From Octopus bimaculoides (lineage: Eukaryota): a DNA stretch of 64,000 nt. Below, one piece after another: positions 11,916 to 26,211 of the stretch. Location: NCBI RefSeq assembly GCF_001194135.2, contig NC_068991.1, positions 24,597,743 through 24,661,742 on the forward strand, given 5' to 3'. Both the position numbers and the translations under genes were made by a program. Below the pieces are notes generated by a model. It worked only from the letters and a program-made list of their open reading frames with translations, had not been told where the DNA came from and searched no databases. Numbering within the stretch: position 1 is the stretch's first letter; every line of letters starts with the position of its first letter.

Positions 11916-13345
11916 ATAGATTACTGTATCTCACTAGATACAAACTAAACTTTTAAAACCATGATTATTTTTAATGTCTGCTCAATTTCCCATTGGTGGT
12001 ATGCACAAGGAAGATATTTTGTACGTTTTTGGGGGAAAAACTTCATCCAGTAGCTATCTCAAGTGTTTTGTTGAGTGTTGTGTTTTTTGCAACATGTTAT
12101 TAAAGCCCTAAGATGCCACCCAAACACCCTACACCGTCTAAGGCTTCTGGCAGTGAAACTAAGCACCAAAAAAAGATTATGATGTTCCATAAGAAGGCAC
12201 AACTGCTGGATATGCTCCAGGAAGGTAAAAGTTATGCTGCAGTAGGTCACTGTTATGATGTCGACGAAAGCACTATATGCTACATAAAGAAGAACGAGGT
12301 GATGATCAGGACTACTGTAACAGTAAGTTTCTGTGAAAGTGCCAAAAAGATAACGACAGTGAGAAATAAGTACTTCATCAGGATGGAATCTACCTTGACA
12401 TTGTGGATCAGTAACTGCAAGAAAGTGCAGAAATTATACCAGCAGTTCGACAGACAAGATGGAGCAGAAAGCATTGGAGAACTGCAACCAAGACCATTGA
12501 CAGCACTGGAGCCCAAAGATTTTCAAACCAGCAAGGGATGGTTTGACCATTTCCAGAAACGGTTTAAAATAAAGTGTGTATCCCTGCATGGAGAGACAGC
12601 ATCAGCTGACAAAGAAGCTGCCGAGAAGTACCTTGAGATCTTCAGGCAGATCATTGAGGACAAGGGATACAAGCCAGAACAGTTTTCCAATATGGACGAG
12701 ACTGGCTTATTCTGGGAGAAGATGCCTTCCAGAATGTACAACATGAAGGATGAAGCCAAGCATTTAAGGCACAGAAAGTTAGAGTAATACTAATTATGTG
12801 TGGCAATGCTGCTGGATTCATGATGAAACCATGACTTATCTACAAGTCAGTGAACCCAAAGGCCTTCAAAAATAAGAATAAAAACCTGCTGCCTGTCCAC
12901 TGGATGCACAACCCCAAGGCCTGGATTATAAAAACTCTAACTTTGAATTGATTCCACCAATGCGTCATCCTTCAAGCCAAGGAATACTTCCAAAACATAT
13001 GCATGGAATTCAAAGTGTCGCTGGTGATTATTCTTAGGATTTGAATCAGGAGGCAATCCAAGCCGAGTTCCTCCCTGCTAACATCACCTCCCTCATCCAG
13101 CCTATGGATCAAGGTGTGATCCATGCCTTCAAGGCACTTTACACTCAGAACTCTCTCCAACACCTTGTGGATGCAATGGATTCAGATGAGAATTTCAAGT
13201 TAAAGGAGTACTGGCATAATTTCACAATCACAACATGCTTGTCAGTCATGAAAAAAGAAACCCTCATTGCATGCTGGACAAAGGTGAGGCCAGAGTGTGT
13301 CCAAGACTACGACGGCTTCTTACCTGAAGATATTCAGCATATATA
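11693..13345 (+). mobile_element. Tigger/pogo DNA transposon, left TIR plus decayed transposase
   Basis: TA then CAGTGTATCCCCCCTGCTTATTTGCAG at 11693. ORF 12113-12787 has an HTH-psq/CENP-B-like N-terminus, SKGWFDHF and MDETGLFW. Later frames give FLPANITSLIQPMDQGVIHAFKALY. Stops and frameshifts present; no right TIR found. Confidence 0.9.
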
Positions 13346-13366
13346 TATACATACTAGCAATGCATC

Positions 13367-13630
13367 CCTTCCTCCACTTTGCCCATCCATCACCTACCCA
13401 CTTTCAAAAAGCTAAAATCTCACAATGTTTCACGCATGCGTAGAATTGTACTGAAATAGCAGATATAAAAAATACTAGAACACCACCAGAAAACCCAACA
13501 TGCTAGAAACAATAGGTAAACAACATTACTTCTGAAGAAACTCTCTCACTGTCCAAAAAGCTAAAAGTGAAACATTGGGAGTTTGTAGCTTTTTGAAAGT
13601 GGTGAGGTGATGGGTGGATGTTTGGGAAGG
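13367..13630. repeat. Foldback/MITE-like element with about 65-bp imperfect inverted arms
   Basis: 13367-13433 is the reverse complement of 13567-13630 (shared ccactttcaaaaagcta and caatgtttcac). Confidence 0.7.
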
Positions 13631-15674
13631 AGATTTTAGTGTTTCTTTAAGAAAAAAAAGAAGAAAATTCTTAAAGATTCGTACTCTCAATTTTTTTTTC
13701 TTCATGGATTACCAAGAAAACAATTTGGAAAAAAGTAAAAAATGAGGAATTTCGGGTGAGGAGGAAGAAAATTAAAATATTGAGAATGTGTTTTGTGAGT
13801 AAAATCCTAATCTCCTGTATCAAAAACATAGGAATCAGAAGAAATTTAGGAAAAAAAAATCAAGGATGGGGTGGGGCACAAATTTTACCTCATACATACA
13901 TGTTAATCTCTCCTACACTGGTATAAAAGCCACCAATTACCTGGAAGTTTCATAACAGTGCTCTTCACATCCCTTATAGATTTTCCCTAAGCACTTTTCT
14001 AATAAGAATGGTTTACAAACCACCAGTTTTAAATTTCAACCAATACACATAAACTTTATTTTATTATATTTAACTGTAAGGTTACATTCTCAATACTCAA
14101 TGATAGATTATCCAATTCTTTGGAGGGTTTCATTCCTTGACTTCCTAATACCTATATTGTTTTTATCTTTTTCTTGATTTCAGTCTTTTTACCTGAAATG
14201 TTAGGAATTTTTCAGCCCTAAATTTTTCATTTGTATTAGCCCTAACGCCTAATCCTTTACAAGACTTAATTTATTTCAAACTACATGGACAACAGGTTTC
14301 TGCTTTTACAATTTTCTTTAGTAACATAACTGAATCTTCTCCACCTCCATACATTTCCTTCTTTTACCTTATTACTCACTTTGATCCCATGCACATTTTC
14401 ACAGAGTATGTCTTAGACACATGTTGGTGTCACATAAAAAGCACCCACATTAGTGCCACATAAAAAGCACCTGTGCTAGTTCCACATTAAAAGCATCAAG
14501 TACACTCTGTAAAGTGGTTGGTGTTAGGAAGGAATCTGGCCATAGAAAGCTTGCTATAACAGACAATTGGGGCCTGGTGCAGCTCTCCAGCTGACCAGCT
14601 CCTGTCAAACCAACCAACTCATGCCAGCATGGAAAATGGATATTAAATAATAATGATAATGATGATGATGATGCCTTAGATCCATTTCACTTCATCACAC
14701 GTATCTATTTTGTGTAGCATTCTTCCATCTATCTTTAAGTTATACCTGTAATTTGTCATATTTCATTTCCATTTTGTTTCATTTCACTTCTCCTTTAACC
14801 CTCTCATAACATCCCATCATCATCATCTACAGCCCAGTCATATGGGTATGTAGCATTTCTCTTGTCATAACTCGAATATGTTTCGTAATAGCAGTAGCAG
14901 TATTCTCTTCCTCACTTGACTGTTCAGTTTACACCTTAAACTTATATTGGGTACTAACAATTTTATTGCTCTACAGCCCATTATACTTCCCCCAATCACT
15001 CCCTCGTGTCCTTTGTTTCTGCCAGTCAAGCATAATTAACTCTCCACCTTGCAACATAGGAGTTTTAATTAACGAACTTACTAATTAGCTAATGAATAGG
15101 CTGTTCGTTTGCTTAATACTTAATCATGCTAAAATTTTATTTGATTCTATTAGTCCACTCATTCCAATGGATTCTGTGTATGCTTTTACTCTTTTCATTT
15201 TATTTTTTTTTTACATTTTACCTTATAATTTTTTTATTTATTTATTCTCCTCCTTCCACTTCTCAAAATATGGAAATCAATGGTTCACTGATATATGTTT
15301 TGATGCATATGTCAATTTTCTGTCAATCCACTTTAACAGGCTGCAGTGGAATGCATATCAAACAACAACCATCCACAACAATTTTGTAATCTTTATCCTT
15401 ATAACTACTGCATCCCTCTACAGATTGCCTTAGAATTTTATTGCCAGTTACTTTTTCCCTCACTTAGAACACTCCTACATCCCAAATTATCACATTTTTA
15501 CCCAAGCATTTATTTATTTATTTTTCCATCACCTTTATTACTGCTGCCATCATCATCATCTTCCTTTATCCTTATTATTGTTGCTATTATTAATGTGTTT
15601 GTTTCTTAATGGTGATAAGTATTAATTATTATTAAATATAATATAATAAATATAAGTTATTATTATGACCCTTA

Positions 15675-16127
15675 TTGCGGCAGCAAGCTGGCAGATTTGT
15701 TAGCACAATGGACAAAATGCTTAGCAGTATTTTGTCTGTCTTTATGTTCTGCATTCAAGTTTTGCCAAGGTTGACTTCGCCTCTCATTCTTTCAGGATTG
15801 ATAAACTAGGTACCACTCAAGTACTGCGGTTAATGTAATCAACTAGCCTCCTCCTCTAAAATTTCAGATCTTATGCTGATAGTAGAAAGGATTATTATCA
15901 TTACTATTATTATTAAGGTGACAAACTGGCAGAATTGTTACTGCACTGGAAAAATGTTTAACAACATTTTTTCTGGCTTTACATTCTGAGTTCAAATACT
16001 GCTGAGGTTAACTTTGCCTCTCATCTTTCCGGGGTTGATGAAATAAGTACCAGTTGTACACTCTGGTCAATGCAATCTACTAGCCTCCTCCTCATAAATT
16101 TCAGGCTTTCAGCCTATAGTAAAAAGG

Positions 16128-16135
<8 letters not shown>
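15675..16135 (+). mobile_element. Two tandem copies of tRNA-derived SINE family 3
   Basis: gctggcaga..ttagcac...gagttcaaat...tttcatc...aagtaccag pattern at about 15675 and 15915. Same family as 48230-48455. Confidence 0.7.
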
Positions 16136-16158
<23 letters not shown>

Positions 16159-16733
16159 GTGTTAATAATATTATTTGAATCTCCCGCTTTTCTTCTGACT
16201 TATTTGTTTTCTATTGTTATTATTATTGCTACATTTTTCTTTTATTATTTTTAATATGCTATCCTTGTCATCATCATTGTTGACTCTAATATTTTCTATA
16301 TTGGTTACTACAAACATTTCTGATTTATTACTACCCTGGGTCTTATAAATGCCCCTTGTACCACTACTATTAATTCTATTACTGTTGGCGTTTGTATTAT
16401 TGTTGTTATTATTTTTATCCCTTTTCTTCTTCTTCTTCTTCTTCTTTCTTGTCACACCACCATCATTATTATTTTGGTACTCATTGTCCTGTTTCTTCTC
16501 TATACACACCACAACAAATACATATTCTTTATACAATGCAAAGAGGCATGACTTAATGCTAGTCTCATGAAATGTCATTCTAACATAATCAACCACACAT
16601 ATTGTGTGATTTTTTTCACACAGAATCATTTACATGCAATGTGGTTAGAAACAGAGTGGCACAGAAACAATTGTAATGAATATTAAAGATGTGCTAAATT
16701 CATTCTTTGTTTTCTAGTATTATATACATATTA

Positions 16734-17180
<447 letters not shown>

Positions 17181-17261
17181 ATTTGTATATTTTACCTATA
17201 TAGGTTAAACTAGCTGGGTACTTTATTATTATTGTTATTTTCAATAATGGTAATAATGCTT

Positions 17262-17321
<60 letters not shown>

Positions 17322-17454
17322 TAAAGTATGTATGTATGTGTGAATGTGTGCATACATATGTATATATATATATATATTTTACAGGCAAGAAAATAAATTT
17401 TGAACACGGTTATAGGTGGAAAAACAGCAGAAAGATTGGGTATTTTATCCTTAA

Positions 17455-17527
17455 ACAGACAGCTACGGGACTCGAACTCGTACCCCTCAGATACTGGCTG
17501 AGTACTCTACCATTAAGCTAAACAGCC
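17455..17527 (-). pseudogene. tRNA-like sequence (Thr-AGT-like anticodon), probably a tRNA pseudogene or SINE head
   Basis: GGCTGTT-TAGCTTAATGGTAGAGTA-CTCAG(CCAGTAT)CTGAG-GGGT-ACGAG(TTCGAGT)CCCGT. A and B boxes and a perfect anticodon stem, but the acceptor stem is unpaired and U33 is C. Confidence 0.65.
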
Positions 17528-18959
17528 CACTGACAACAATCACCATCAAATTAAACGCTAAATAATAATAGTTTTTGGAATACAACAACATTTTGTAAAC
17601 AAACTTTAGAAGCATTGAATGTGTTTTGTATTTAACAGACAAGAAAGTAAATTTCGAATGCAGTATAGCCATGAAAACAGCAGAAACATTGGGTATTTTA
17701 CCATTATAAGACGGAAAACGTTATATACAAGTAGATACCTGTTTTAAAAAGAACTGGGTTTATATGTCTAAAAGTGTGGCTTAATACTTGGAACATACAA
17801 ACATTTACATATCAAAATTTTAAAACAGGTATAGTTCATTTATTTACTTCTGAGAAAGGAATTTCTATTCAGTTACACTCCTACATTCCAAATTATCGCA
17901 TGGAATATGTCTTTTAGATATCGTACACGACAGTAATACTGTTGTAACCAATAAAATGAACAATTTATCCATAATCTAAATTGTTGAAATATGACAAACA
18001 TTTTGATATCAAGTTGTCAATAATCATGTTGGTCCAGATGCAACTGACCCAGGAATAATACATGCCCATACATGTTTTGCTTTTTCTATTTTTGATATTC
18101 ATTTCCTGCGTATCTTAAATTAAAAGTTTTGTACAGGACTGATAAAAACAAGATTTATATGAATTCAGGAAATTAAAGTAACTGGTTGCAGTTTTGTGGC
18201 TTATGTCTTAACTGTTTGTACCTAGTTTAATCAGTGTCCATGACCTTTGAAGACCCTCTGGTATTGGTGAGATTGATATGACTCATGCTCAGTTTGATCA
18301 TCTATAAGTTCATATCTGCAGGATAAAACTTAAGATATGGGCAGAATTTCAGTGGCTTGTTGCTCTAGAGGGCAAGTGTTGGCAAATAGTGGGGCATGGA
18401 TGAGGTGACAAGATGAGAAAAAATGGGTACAGGTGTTATGCAACTAGCTAATTCAGGGGATCAGAGACTGTTGTGGTGACAATAGAATAGGTAGAAAGAT
18501 ATGAGAGCTTTTTTTGGTAAGAGGCCTGCAACAGATCTACAAGAGGGATTACTTTGAAAATAAATGGTATCTTTTTTTACTTTTGGTAGGATAGGGTCAG
18601 CAACAAGAACAGCAATGAAATTCATGAATGTATTGAGAAAAATTTTTTATCTGTTGTAGTTGTTGGTGTTATTTTGATACTAGCCCAATTTTGACAAGTA
18701 GACCTATGTTCGAAGTCATTTCGGCCATGACTCACCCATCTTTTCCTTTCTTTCTTAGTTGATCTAGGCAATAATATCTAACGCATCTTCTCATTTTTTA
18801 CCAATCAAGACAGTAGGGTGAGATTTGAGGGAGATTTATCTACGGTTTCTAACAAATTGTTGATCACACTGGTCAATCACATAAATGTTTCTTCCTTGAT
18901 ATGTGCAACAACCATGAGAAAAAGTAGCAAACAAAAGAAAAAAAAATGTATATACTGAC

Positions 18960-19085
18960 CTGTATATCCTTCTGGACATAAGCAGACATAACCTCCTTCT
19001 TTTGGAATGCATGTTCCATTCTGTTGACAAGGTGTTGAGTAACAGAAATTTACTTCAACATCACAGAGTAAATCAACTGTCATTC
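18960..19085 (-). CDS. CELSR: Flamingo/CELSR internal exon: EGF-like domain 2
   Basis: (G)MTVDLLCDVEVNFCYSTPCQQNGTCIPKEGGYVCLCPEGYT(G). Acceptor tttacag at 19087-19086, donor G/GTCAGT at 18959-18958. 126 bp, phase 1 to 1. Confidence 0.96.
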
Positions 19086-20329
19086 CTGTAAAGAAAATGA
19101 AATGAAAAGAGATACAGAATATGATTAGACAAACATCATTGTCACCACACTTCTGCCACAGCTGCCATTTTAAAGTCCACTTTTTCATGCTTTAATGGAC
19201 CAGATGGAATTTACTGACACAGACTTTTAGAGTTGGATGCCCTTCCTGCCACCAACCTGTATTTATTTCCATGCAAGGTTTAAGTAGAATATTGGAAATG
19301 AATGCCACTCATTTACAACAGTCACTCAATGTCAAGACAAGGAGACATAAACATACACACACTCACACACACATACATAATACATATTATATATAATATG
19401 AGCTTCTTTCAATTTCCATCTACCAAATATCCATTTACAAGGCTGCAATTGGCCTGAGACAATAGTAGGAGATACCTCCCTGAGGTGCCATGCAGTGGGA
19501 CTGAACTCAAATCTCTGACCCTCCTTACAAAACACACAAATGAGACCACATACTTATAATACACAAATGAAACAATAATGTAGTCATAGTAAAATTTAAA
19601 TTATAGCATTTAGTAACTCCCTTACTAAAATTATGTTCTTATAAAAACTATAACATTTAGTAAAAACATAGTAAAATGAAGCTTCATTTACTAAAATCAA
19701 TATGTATACAGGGTTTTTAGTTTTCTCTTAAACACAACAAAGTCTAGAGTCTTTCAGGATTCAGGAACCAGGTAGTGGTATGCCTATGTTGAACTTCAAT
19801 AGGAAAGAGATGGTTTGCTCACTGTTTCTAGAAGTTGGTTTACTGAAACAATGTATGTCAATAATGTCTGTAAGAGAGGCATCAATGTTGAAAAGTATAC
19901 CAATTATTAACCTGTTATACTCAAACTTTCAGGCAGCTGATTCTCTTCCTTGATTTTTCTAGGTTATATTAAACATAGTTGGTGGACCACACTATGTAAA
20001 GCCTTGGCATGAAATAAAAGAGTCACTGAGGGAAAATATTTTCCATGAACACTTCAAGAGTATTCACACACACACACACACACACACACCACTCTGCATA
20101 TCAAAATCCACTCACAAAGCATTGGTCAAAGAGAAGCTATGGCAGAAGACATTTAATTTTCCAAAGGTGGGATTGAACCTAGAACCATGTGGTTGTGAAA
20201 TAAGCTTCTCACTCACAAGTCATACCTGCACCATATTTGTTCATATATATCATACCCACTGCAAAATATATACATGTATACAATTGTAATTCATTTTATT
20301 AAAAAAGAACCAAAAAAACTTTGTTTTAC

Positions 20330-20504
20330 CTGTAAAACCCTTTGGACACCGGCACTGGTATCCATTGTTAGAGTGAATTGGTCGAAAAAGCATTGAATCA
20401 GACTTGATGAACGGTGCAGCACTTCCACTAAGGAGACGTGTCATACACACTTCAAAGTTAATACATGGTTCCATCACACACAAGTTGTCATCAAATGACA
20501 TCAC
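20330..20504 (-). CDS. CELSR: Flamingo/CELSR internal exon: EGF-like domain 1
   Basis: VMSFDDNLCVMEPCINFEVC...SDSMLFRPI...CRCPKGFTG. Acceptor tttcag at 20506-20505, donor G/GTAAAA at 20329-20328. 175 bp, phase 0 to 1, continues the frame of the 38194 exon. Confidence 0.96.
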
Positions 20505-21977
20505 CTGAAACGAGGAATACAAACAAATGACTGACTATAATTAAAAATTTTGAAACTGTTATCAATATTTTTAGCGATGAAACCTTTATAATATTTATTC
20601 CAAAGGAGGAGGTAAGTTGGAAAAATCATTAGAATATCAAACAAAATATCTTGCAGTGTTTTGTTGCAGCTCTTTACCATTTTGAGTTAAAATTCAACAA
20701 AGTTAAACTTTGACTTATGTCTTTCCAGGCAAGTACTGGAATCATTTTAATCAACACTATCCCGCTCCCCAAATTTTCCAACTTGTATCAATGTTAGAAA
20801 TTTTTATTCTACATCTATGCTACTACATATTGATCAATTTGACCACTGCTTGTCATCAGGCATCTTATTCCTGGATACATACCTAGTACAAACCAACTGA
20901 AATGTAGTGTAGATGTAAATATTAAAAACTTTTTCATCTCAACTGATGAAGGCAATAGTTAGAAAAATTAATCATATAGTTAATATAATATGATTAATTA
21001 ATAGTATTTATAGTAACTCATCTCAGAAGTTTAGACACTTAATGCTCTCTAAACCTTCTAGTAATAGTGAACATGGTCAATATATTTTCTGTGTGCAACT
21101 ATTGACAAAAATTGAAGATAAATAAATGGTAGTTACTTATGTTACAACAATGCCTCAAGGGACAGGGATATATAAGCAAGTACCTTAGCCTGGTACTTAT
21201 TTTATAGAATTCTCCACAAACACAACAAATAAAAATTATCCCTGGTAACATCTGAAGCTCCAAACATCAATTCACTAAACTGAATAAACTGGCTCAATCC
21301 TTGTATATTATTAGTACTAATTTTATCAGCTCTAGAGAGATGAAATGGAGAGCTAACAATGATGAGATTTAAACTTATAGAAACTGTTGGATGGAATAAG
21401 AGATAATATAATGAGTGTAGCCTCTTTGTTAACTGTATGAAAATTATTAAAGGGAACAGTGAATAATAGTTTCAAAGAAAGTATCAAAAAATAACACTGA
21501 TGACGTTAGCAAACAGGAAATTGGTTTTATGTGAATCAGAGATATCATAAGCCTATCATAGCATCAAATATCACAACTAAGCAAGCTTTCTGTCTACATT
21601 AATCCCAGGTATGGTTTCACTCTAAACATGGCTTACATTAAGTCATAGGTTATCTAATGAGTCTGACTTCATTGGTAAGACTAAATGCATGATAAATATA
21701 TGAGTTTCTGGAAAACAAAAGCCGAGTGAGTTGAGCTACATCTCCATATCTTCATAGACATTATGTGATGACAAGATAGTAGTATTTGTGTCATCAATAA
21801 AACCACAACGATCAGTACTTTGGTCAAAATATATTTTATTTAACTCAGCCTATCTATATATGTACAGCTTTATTTTCAACAACAGCACAATTGGTTCACT
21901 TCACTACCAGCAGTACTACTACAAACATCACCAGTACATCATTACAACCATCATCACTTTTGATAATTCATTCTACA

Positions 21978-22015
<38 letters not shown>

Positions 22016-22562
22016 ATATATATATATATATATATGCACCATTTTGAGCGTGGCCGTTGCCAGTACCGCCTGGCTGGCTCCCGTAGGATTTTCGAGCGAG
22101 ATCGTTGCCAGTGCCCCTGGACTGACTTGTGCGGGTGGCACATAAAAGACACCATTTTGAGCGTGGCCGTTTTCGTGCGGGTGACACGTAAAAGCACCCA
22201 CTACNNNNNNNNNNNNNNNNNNNNNNNNNNNNNNNNNNNNNNNNNNNNNNNNNNNNNNNNNNNNNNNNNNNNNNNNNNNNNNNNNNNNNNNNNNNNNNNN
22301 NNNNNNNNNNNNNNNNNNNNNNNNNNNNNNNNNNNNNNNNNNNNNNNNNNNNNNNNNNNNNNNNNNNNNNNNNNNNNNNNNNNNNNNNNNNNNNNNNNNN
22401 NNNNNNNNNNNNNNNNNNNNNNNNNNNNNNNNNNNNNNNNNNNNNNNNNNNNNNNNNNNNNNNNNNNNNNNNNNNNNNNNNNNNNNNNNNNNNNNNNNNN
22501 NNNNNNNNNNNNNNNNNNNNNNNNNNNNNNNNNNNNNNNNNNNNNNNNNNNNNNNNNNNNNN

Positions 22563-22655
<93 letters not shown>

Positions 22656-25600
22656 AATATATATACACACACACACATTCACATACACATACATAAACAC
22701 ACACAATAGTTACATCTCTCTGATGGCTTGGCATGATAAATATAGAATTTTATCATTGAAGTCTCATTATAGCATTTTATCAACAGCATCACTACTACAA
22801 TCAACACCTCAGTCATCTCTCTCTCTCTCTCTTTCTCCCTCTCATTGCTGTCATCACCATCACTACCACCATTAACTCCATCCTCATGATCATCAGTGTC
22901 ATCATAAGCAACAAAGCAAAGAAGTTAACAAAAACATGAACAAATTTTGTAATACAATTTCTATCGAAATGAGAGTAATTTAGCGATCTATAATTTACTG
23001 GGAAATCATGTTTAGAGCTTAATAATCTGCTTTCAATCAATCAAGACTGCTATTGTTAAATGGGACAGGGATTTTGAAAAATAACAACAAAATAAAAATA
23101 AATATATATATATGACAAAATAAAAGAATGAAAGAAATGGAAAAGAAAATCCTGAAAGAGATGAGAATGAAGTTCAGTCTGCAAAGCTGAGTAAAATGGA
23201 TTTATTTTGAGATAATGTAATTCAATGTAGAAGAATGCCATCAAATCTTGCTGTAATGGAAGCTGACATATTTTCTTTGAGAAAGAGTCTTTTATAAAGC
23301 TATTTCTCTATGATATAAAGAATAAAGCCCTTTAAACCAGTGGAAAAGATTTATTTTGTTTTAAACTAAATACTACTCTTTTTTTCAGAATAATCTTTTT
23401 TGAATAACTTTATTGCTGAGGAAGCATCATATCTAAGCATATTAGAGACAATACACTTTGAACAAAATACTTATTAAGAACATTATACATTTGGAAGTTT
23501 GTATCTTTTATTTAGGACAGCTACAAAAGATAGTTGCAAAAAGAAAATTACAAAGACAGAGGTTGAGCATGTTTATCACTTCTGCACCTCTGTAGAGTAT
23601 TAACTGTCTGCTATTTCTAGTAGGTCATGTAATCTTATAAAGAAGCTCCTTTGGTAGGTCATGCACAATTTATATAATTCCTCAACTTGCTGATATAACA
23701 ACTAAAACTGATGCCTTAATACTACAATCATATTTCAGTGCTAAATTCTAAAATAACACACCAAAACTCTTAATAAAGAAGAAGTAGAAATACTAGCCAT
23801 ATGAGGCATTTCAACCTGTTGACCATTCAACACCAGAAGGAAATAATCTGTATTCTAAAACCAATGCATTGCAAATACATACCTTATGCTGTGCACTTTA
23901 TATGCCAACCCATGAAATACGAAACAACCACCCATAAATGTTACCTTAAAAGTTATAAAGGACCTTACATCCAATTTTGACATTTTTCAAAAAAGGATTA
24001 ATAAGTAATAAGAAACTGGTTTGTCAGTCAGATGCTTTTTTGTATAATTATGTTATAAGAAAAACAAAAATGAAGATATTTTTGTTTTCTTTCTTTCTTT
24101 TTTTAATACAGTATCACAACTGCTCTGGTTATTAAGCAAAGATTCCCCAAGATCTAATATTTCACTTCAGATATTTTAAAATTGAGATTGAGCAGAAAAG
24201 CATAATGGCTACAAACAAACAAATAAATAAATCTGAAACAGATTAAGTAACTGTCTGGTGTTTTATTAGTAAGATAGCAATTACAGAACTCTGTTGTATA
24301 CACACAAATGTCATCTAGTAAGTTATTTGACACAACTCTGAACATTTTAAATACAAGCTTAAAACAATCCAAACAACAAAATAATAGAAACTTCTCCAAA
24401 AACAACGTTGATTTTGATTTTTACATTTGTTCTAATTCATTTTCCCCATTCTCAAAATACACAAGTGAAAACATAAATTCAGTAAATAATAGAGTGAACT
24501 TTTGGTTAAAAACAAACAAACGGGATGTCAGATCACTGGCACAATAACAAATAAACAAACACTTTAAACACAGAAACACACACAAACAAACACTTTAAAT
24601 GCAGAAACACACACAAACACAAAGAGGTAAAGAGCCACTGAGAGAGCTTCTTTGTGTGCACTCAACTTGCTAGAAATAAACACCAAATCTTTTTCAAATC
24701 ACATCTGATCATTTTAAAACAGAATGACTACATCAGATAATGAAATGCCTATTATATAAAAGACAGCATGATGATGGTTACAATGCCTTTGAAGGCAGTG
24801 CTTCAGCATAGCCTCAGCCATAATAGCTAACACAAATTAAAGAACTAAGAAACATGGGTCTTTTCAATGAAGGTTGACTTAAGAGCTAAACAAGTGAAAA
24901 AAGACAGCCTCTGCTACAGCAAAACTCTAAAGTAAGACAAGAACTGGCATTGCTAATACTAACCCATTGTATTGCTTAGCCAAAGCTCTGTTCTGGCTGA
25001 GCTGACTTATTATGATCAAAATCACTACATCCATGACCAACCAGTCTTATTTTTTGACACTTTATCAAAAACTACATTATCTAGTGTCCTGCCTTATTTA
25101 TGATGGTAAGGTGTAATTTGCAGGACAATTAGCAACTATTTGTAGCAGGTCAAACTACTACAGGTCTCCCTCTGTGGCTCATGAGCTATCGACTTGACCA
25201 AGGCAGTGACCCACATAGGAAGTGAAGAAATACCATTATTAAGATATTGCCACAGTGTTTTTTCTTTCTTTTTTAATCCCCAATTTTTAAATAACATCAA
25301 CTTGGGCAAAAGTTTGTTCAGTTCTTATATGAAGGTACAGTTTCACACGTTTTACTTGTGGAATTACTTGTGAAATTTTATAGCTTCTTAATAACTATGA
25401 TTTTAGTCTAGGTCATTTATTTGAAAAACAGTCTCAATGAGATCATATTCTCATCTTCTTTAACAAATTCAGACTCAGGCATACCTATGAGGCATGGACA
25501 TGGTTGTTGAAGTCAAGAAGTTTGCTTTCCAACCACATGGTTTCAGGTTCAGTCCGACTTTATGACATGTTGTGCAAGTGCCTTCAACTACAGACTCAGG

Positions 25601-25989
25601 TTGACCAAAGCCCTATCACATGATTTGGTAGACAGAAACTGGATGAAGCCTCACTCTCTCTCTCTCTCAGCATTGCACAATAGTTGTAAACTAGTGTTAC
25701 TGTTATACAAATAATGTCATTCATTTCCAATCTTCCATGGAAACATGTCCTATCATAGAGAAAATATTACTTTGCTTGGAAACAGGTAAGGGTTGGTGAT
25801 ATGAAGGGCAGTTGCCTATAGAAAATCTACTTCAACAAACTAACATTAGAGCAATGATGATAATTCACAGAAGAAACCATTGTCTTGCTTTCAATGTTGT
25901 ATTTAACCAGATTAAATGCAAAATTACTGGAACTCAAGATAACCAACAAATCATTGAATGGCTACTTAGAGATTGTATAAGCTGATTAA

Positions 25990-26211
25990 CTCTTTTGTTA
26001 CAATATTCCTGCTGAAATACATTGTCTTTAGTTTAATTAATAATGAAAATAACGAAAAATTTAATAAAATAACTTTGACATTATTAAACTGGTGTTTAGA
26101 ACATGAATTAACATGAAATTTTGGTGGAAGGTTTAATTCAAATCACTTTAAAACAGAAAGTTTGTCTCATAGAACCAAGGGCCTTTTCAAGATAAGTTGA
26201 TATCAAAAGGG
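25990..26211. mobile_element. piggyBac-type MITE (TTAA flanks)
   Basis: TTAA at 25986-89 and 26212-15. Termini ctcttttg...caaaaggg. Confidence 0.6.

Noticed and set aside
13890-15100. Pyrimidine-rich region that might be an old LINE on the minus strand
   Set aside because: No recognisable RT or endonuclease motif could be read by eye.
16171-16629. 152-aa minus-strand ORF with K and N runs
   Set aside because: Produced by (CTT)n and (TTA/TTG)n low-complexity tracts; no domain signal.
20942-20975. CTGATGA...GAAA hammerhead-like spacing
   Set aside because: No convincing stem II or III and no NUH in register.
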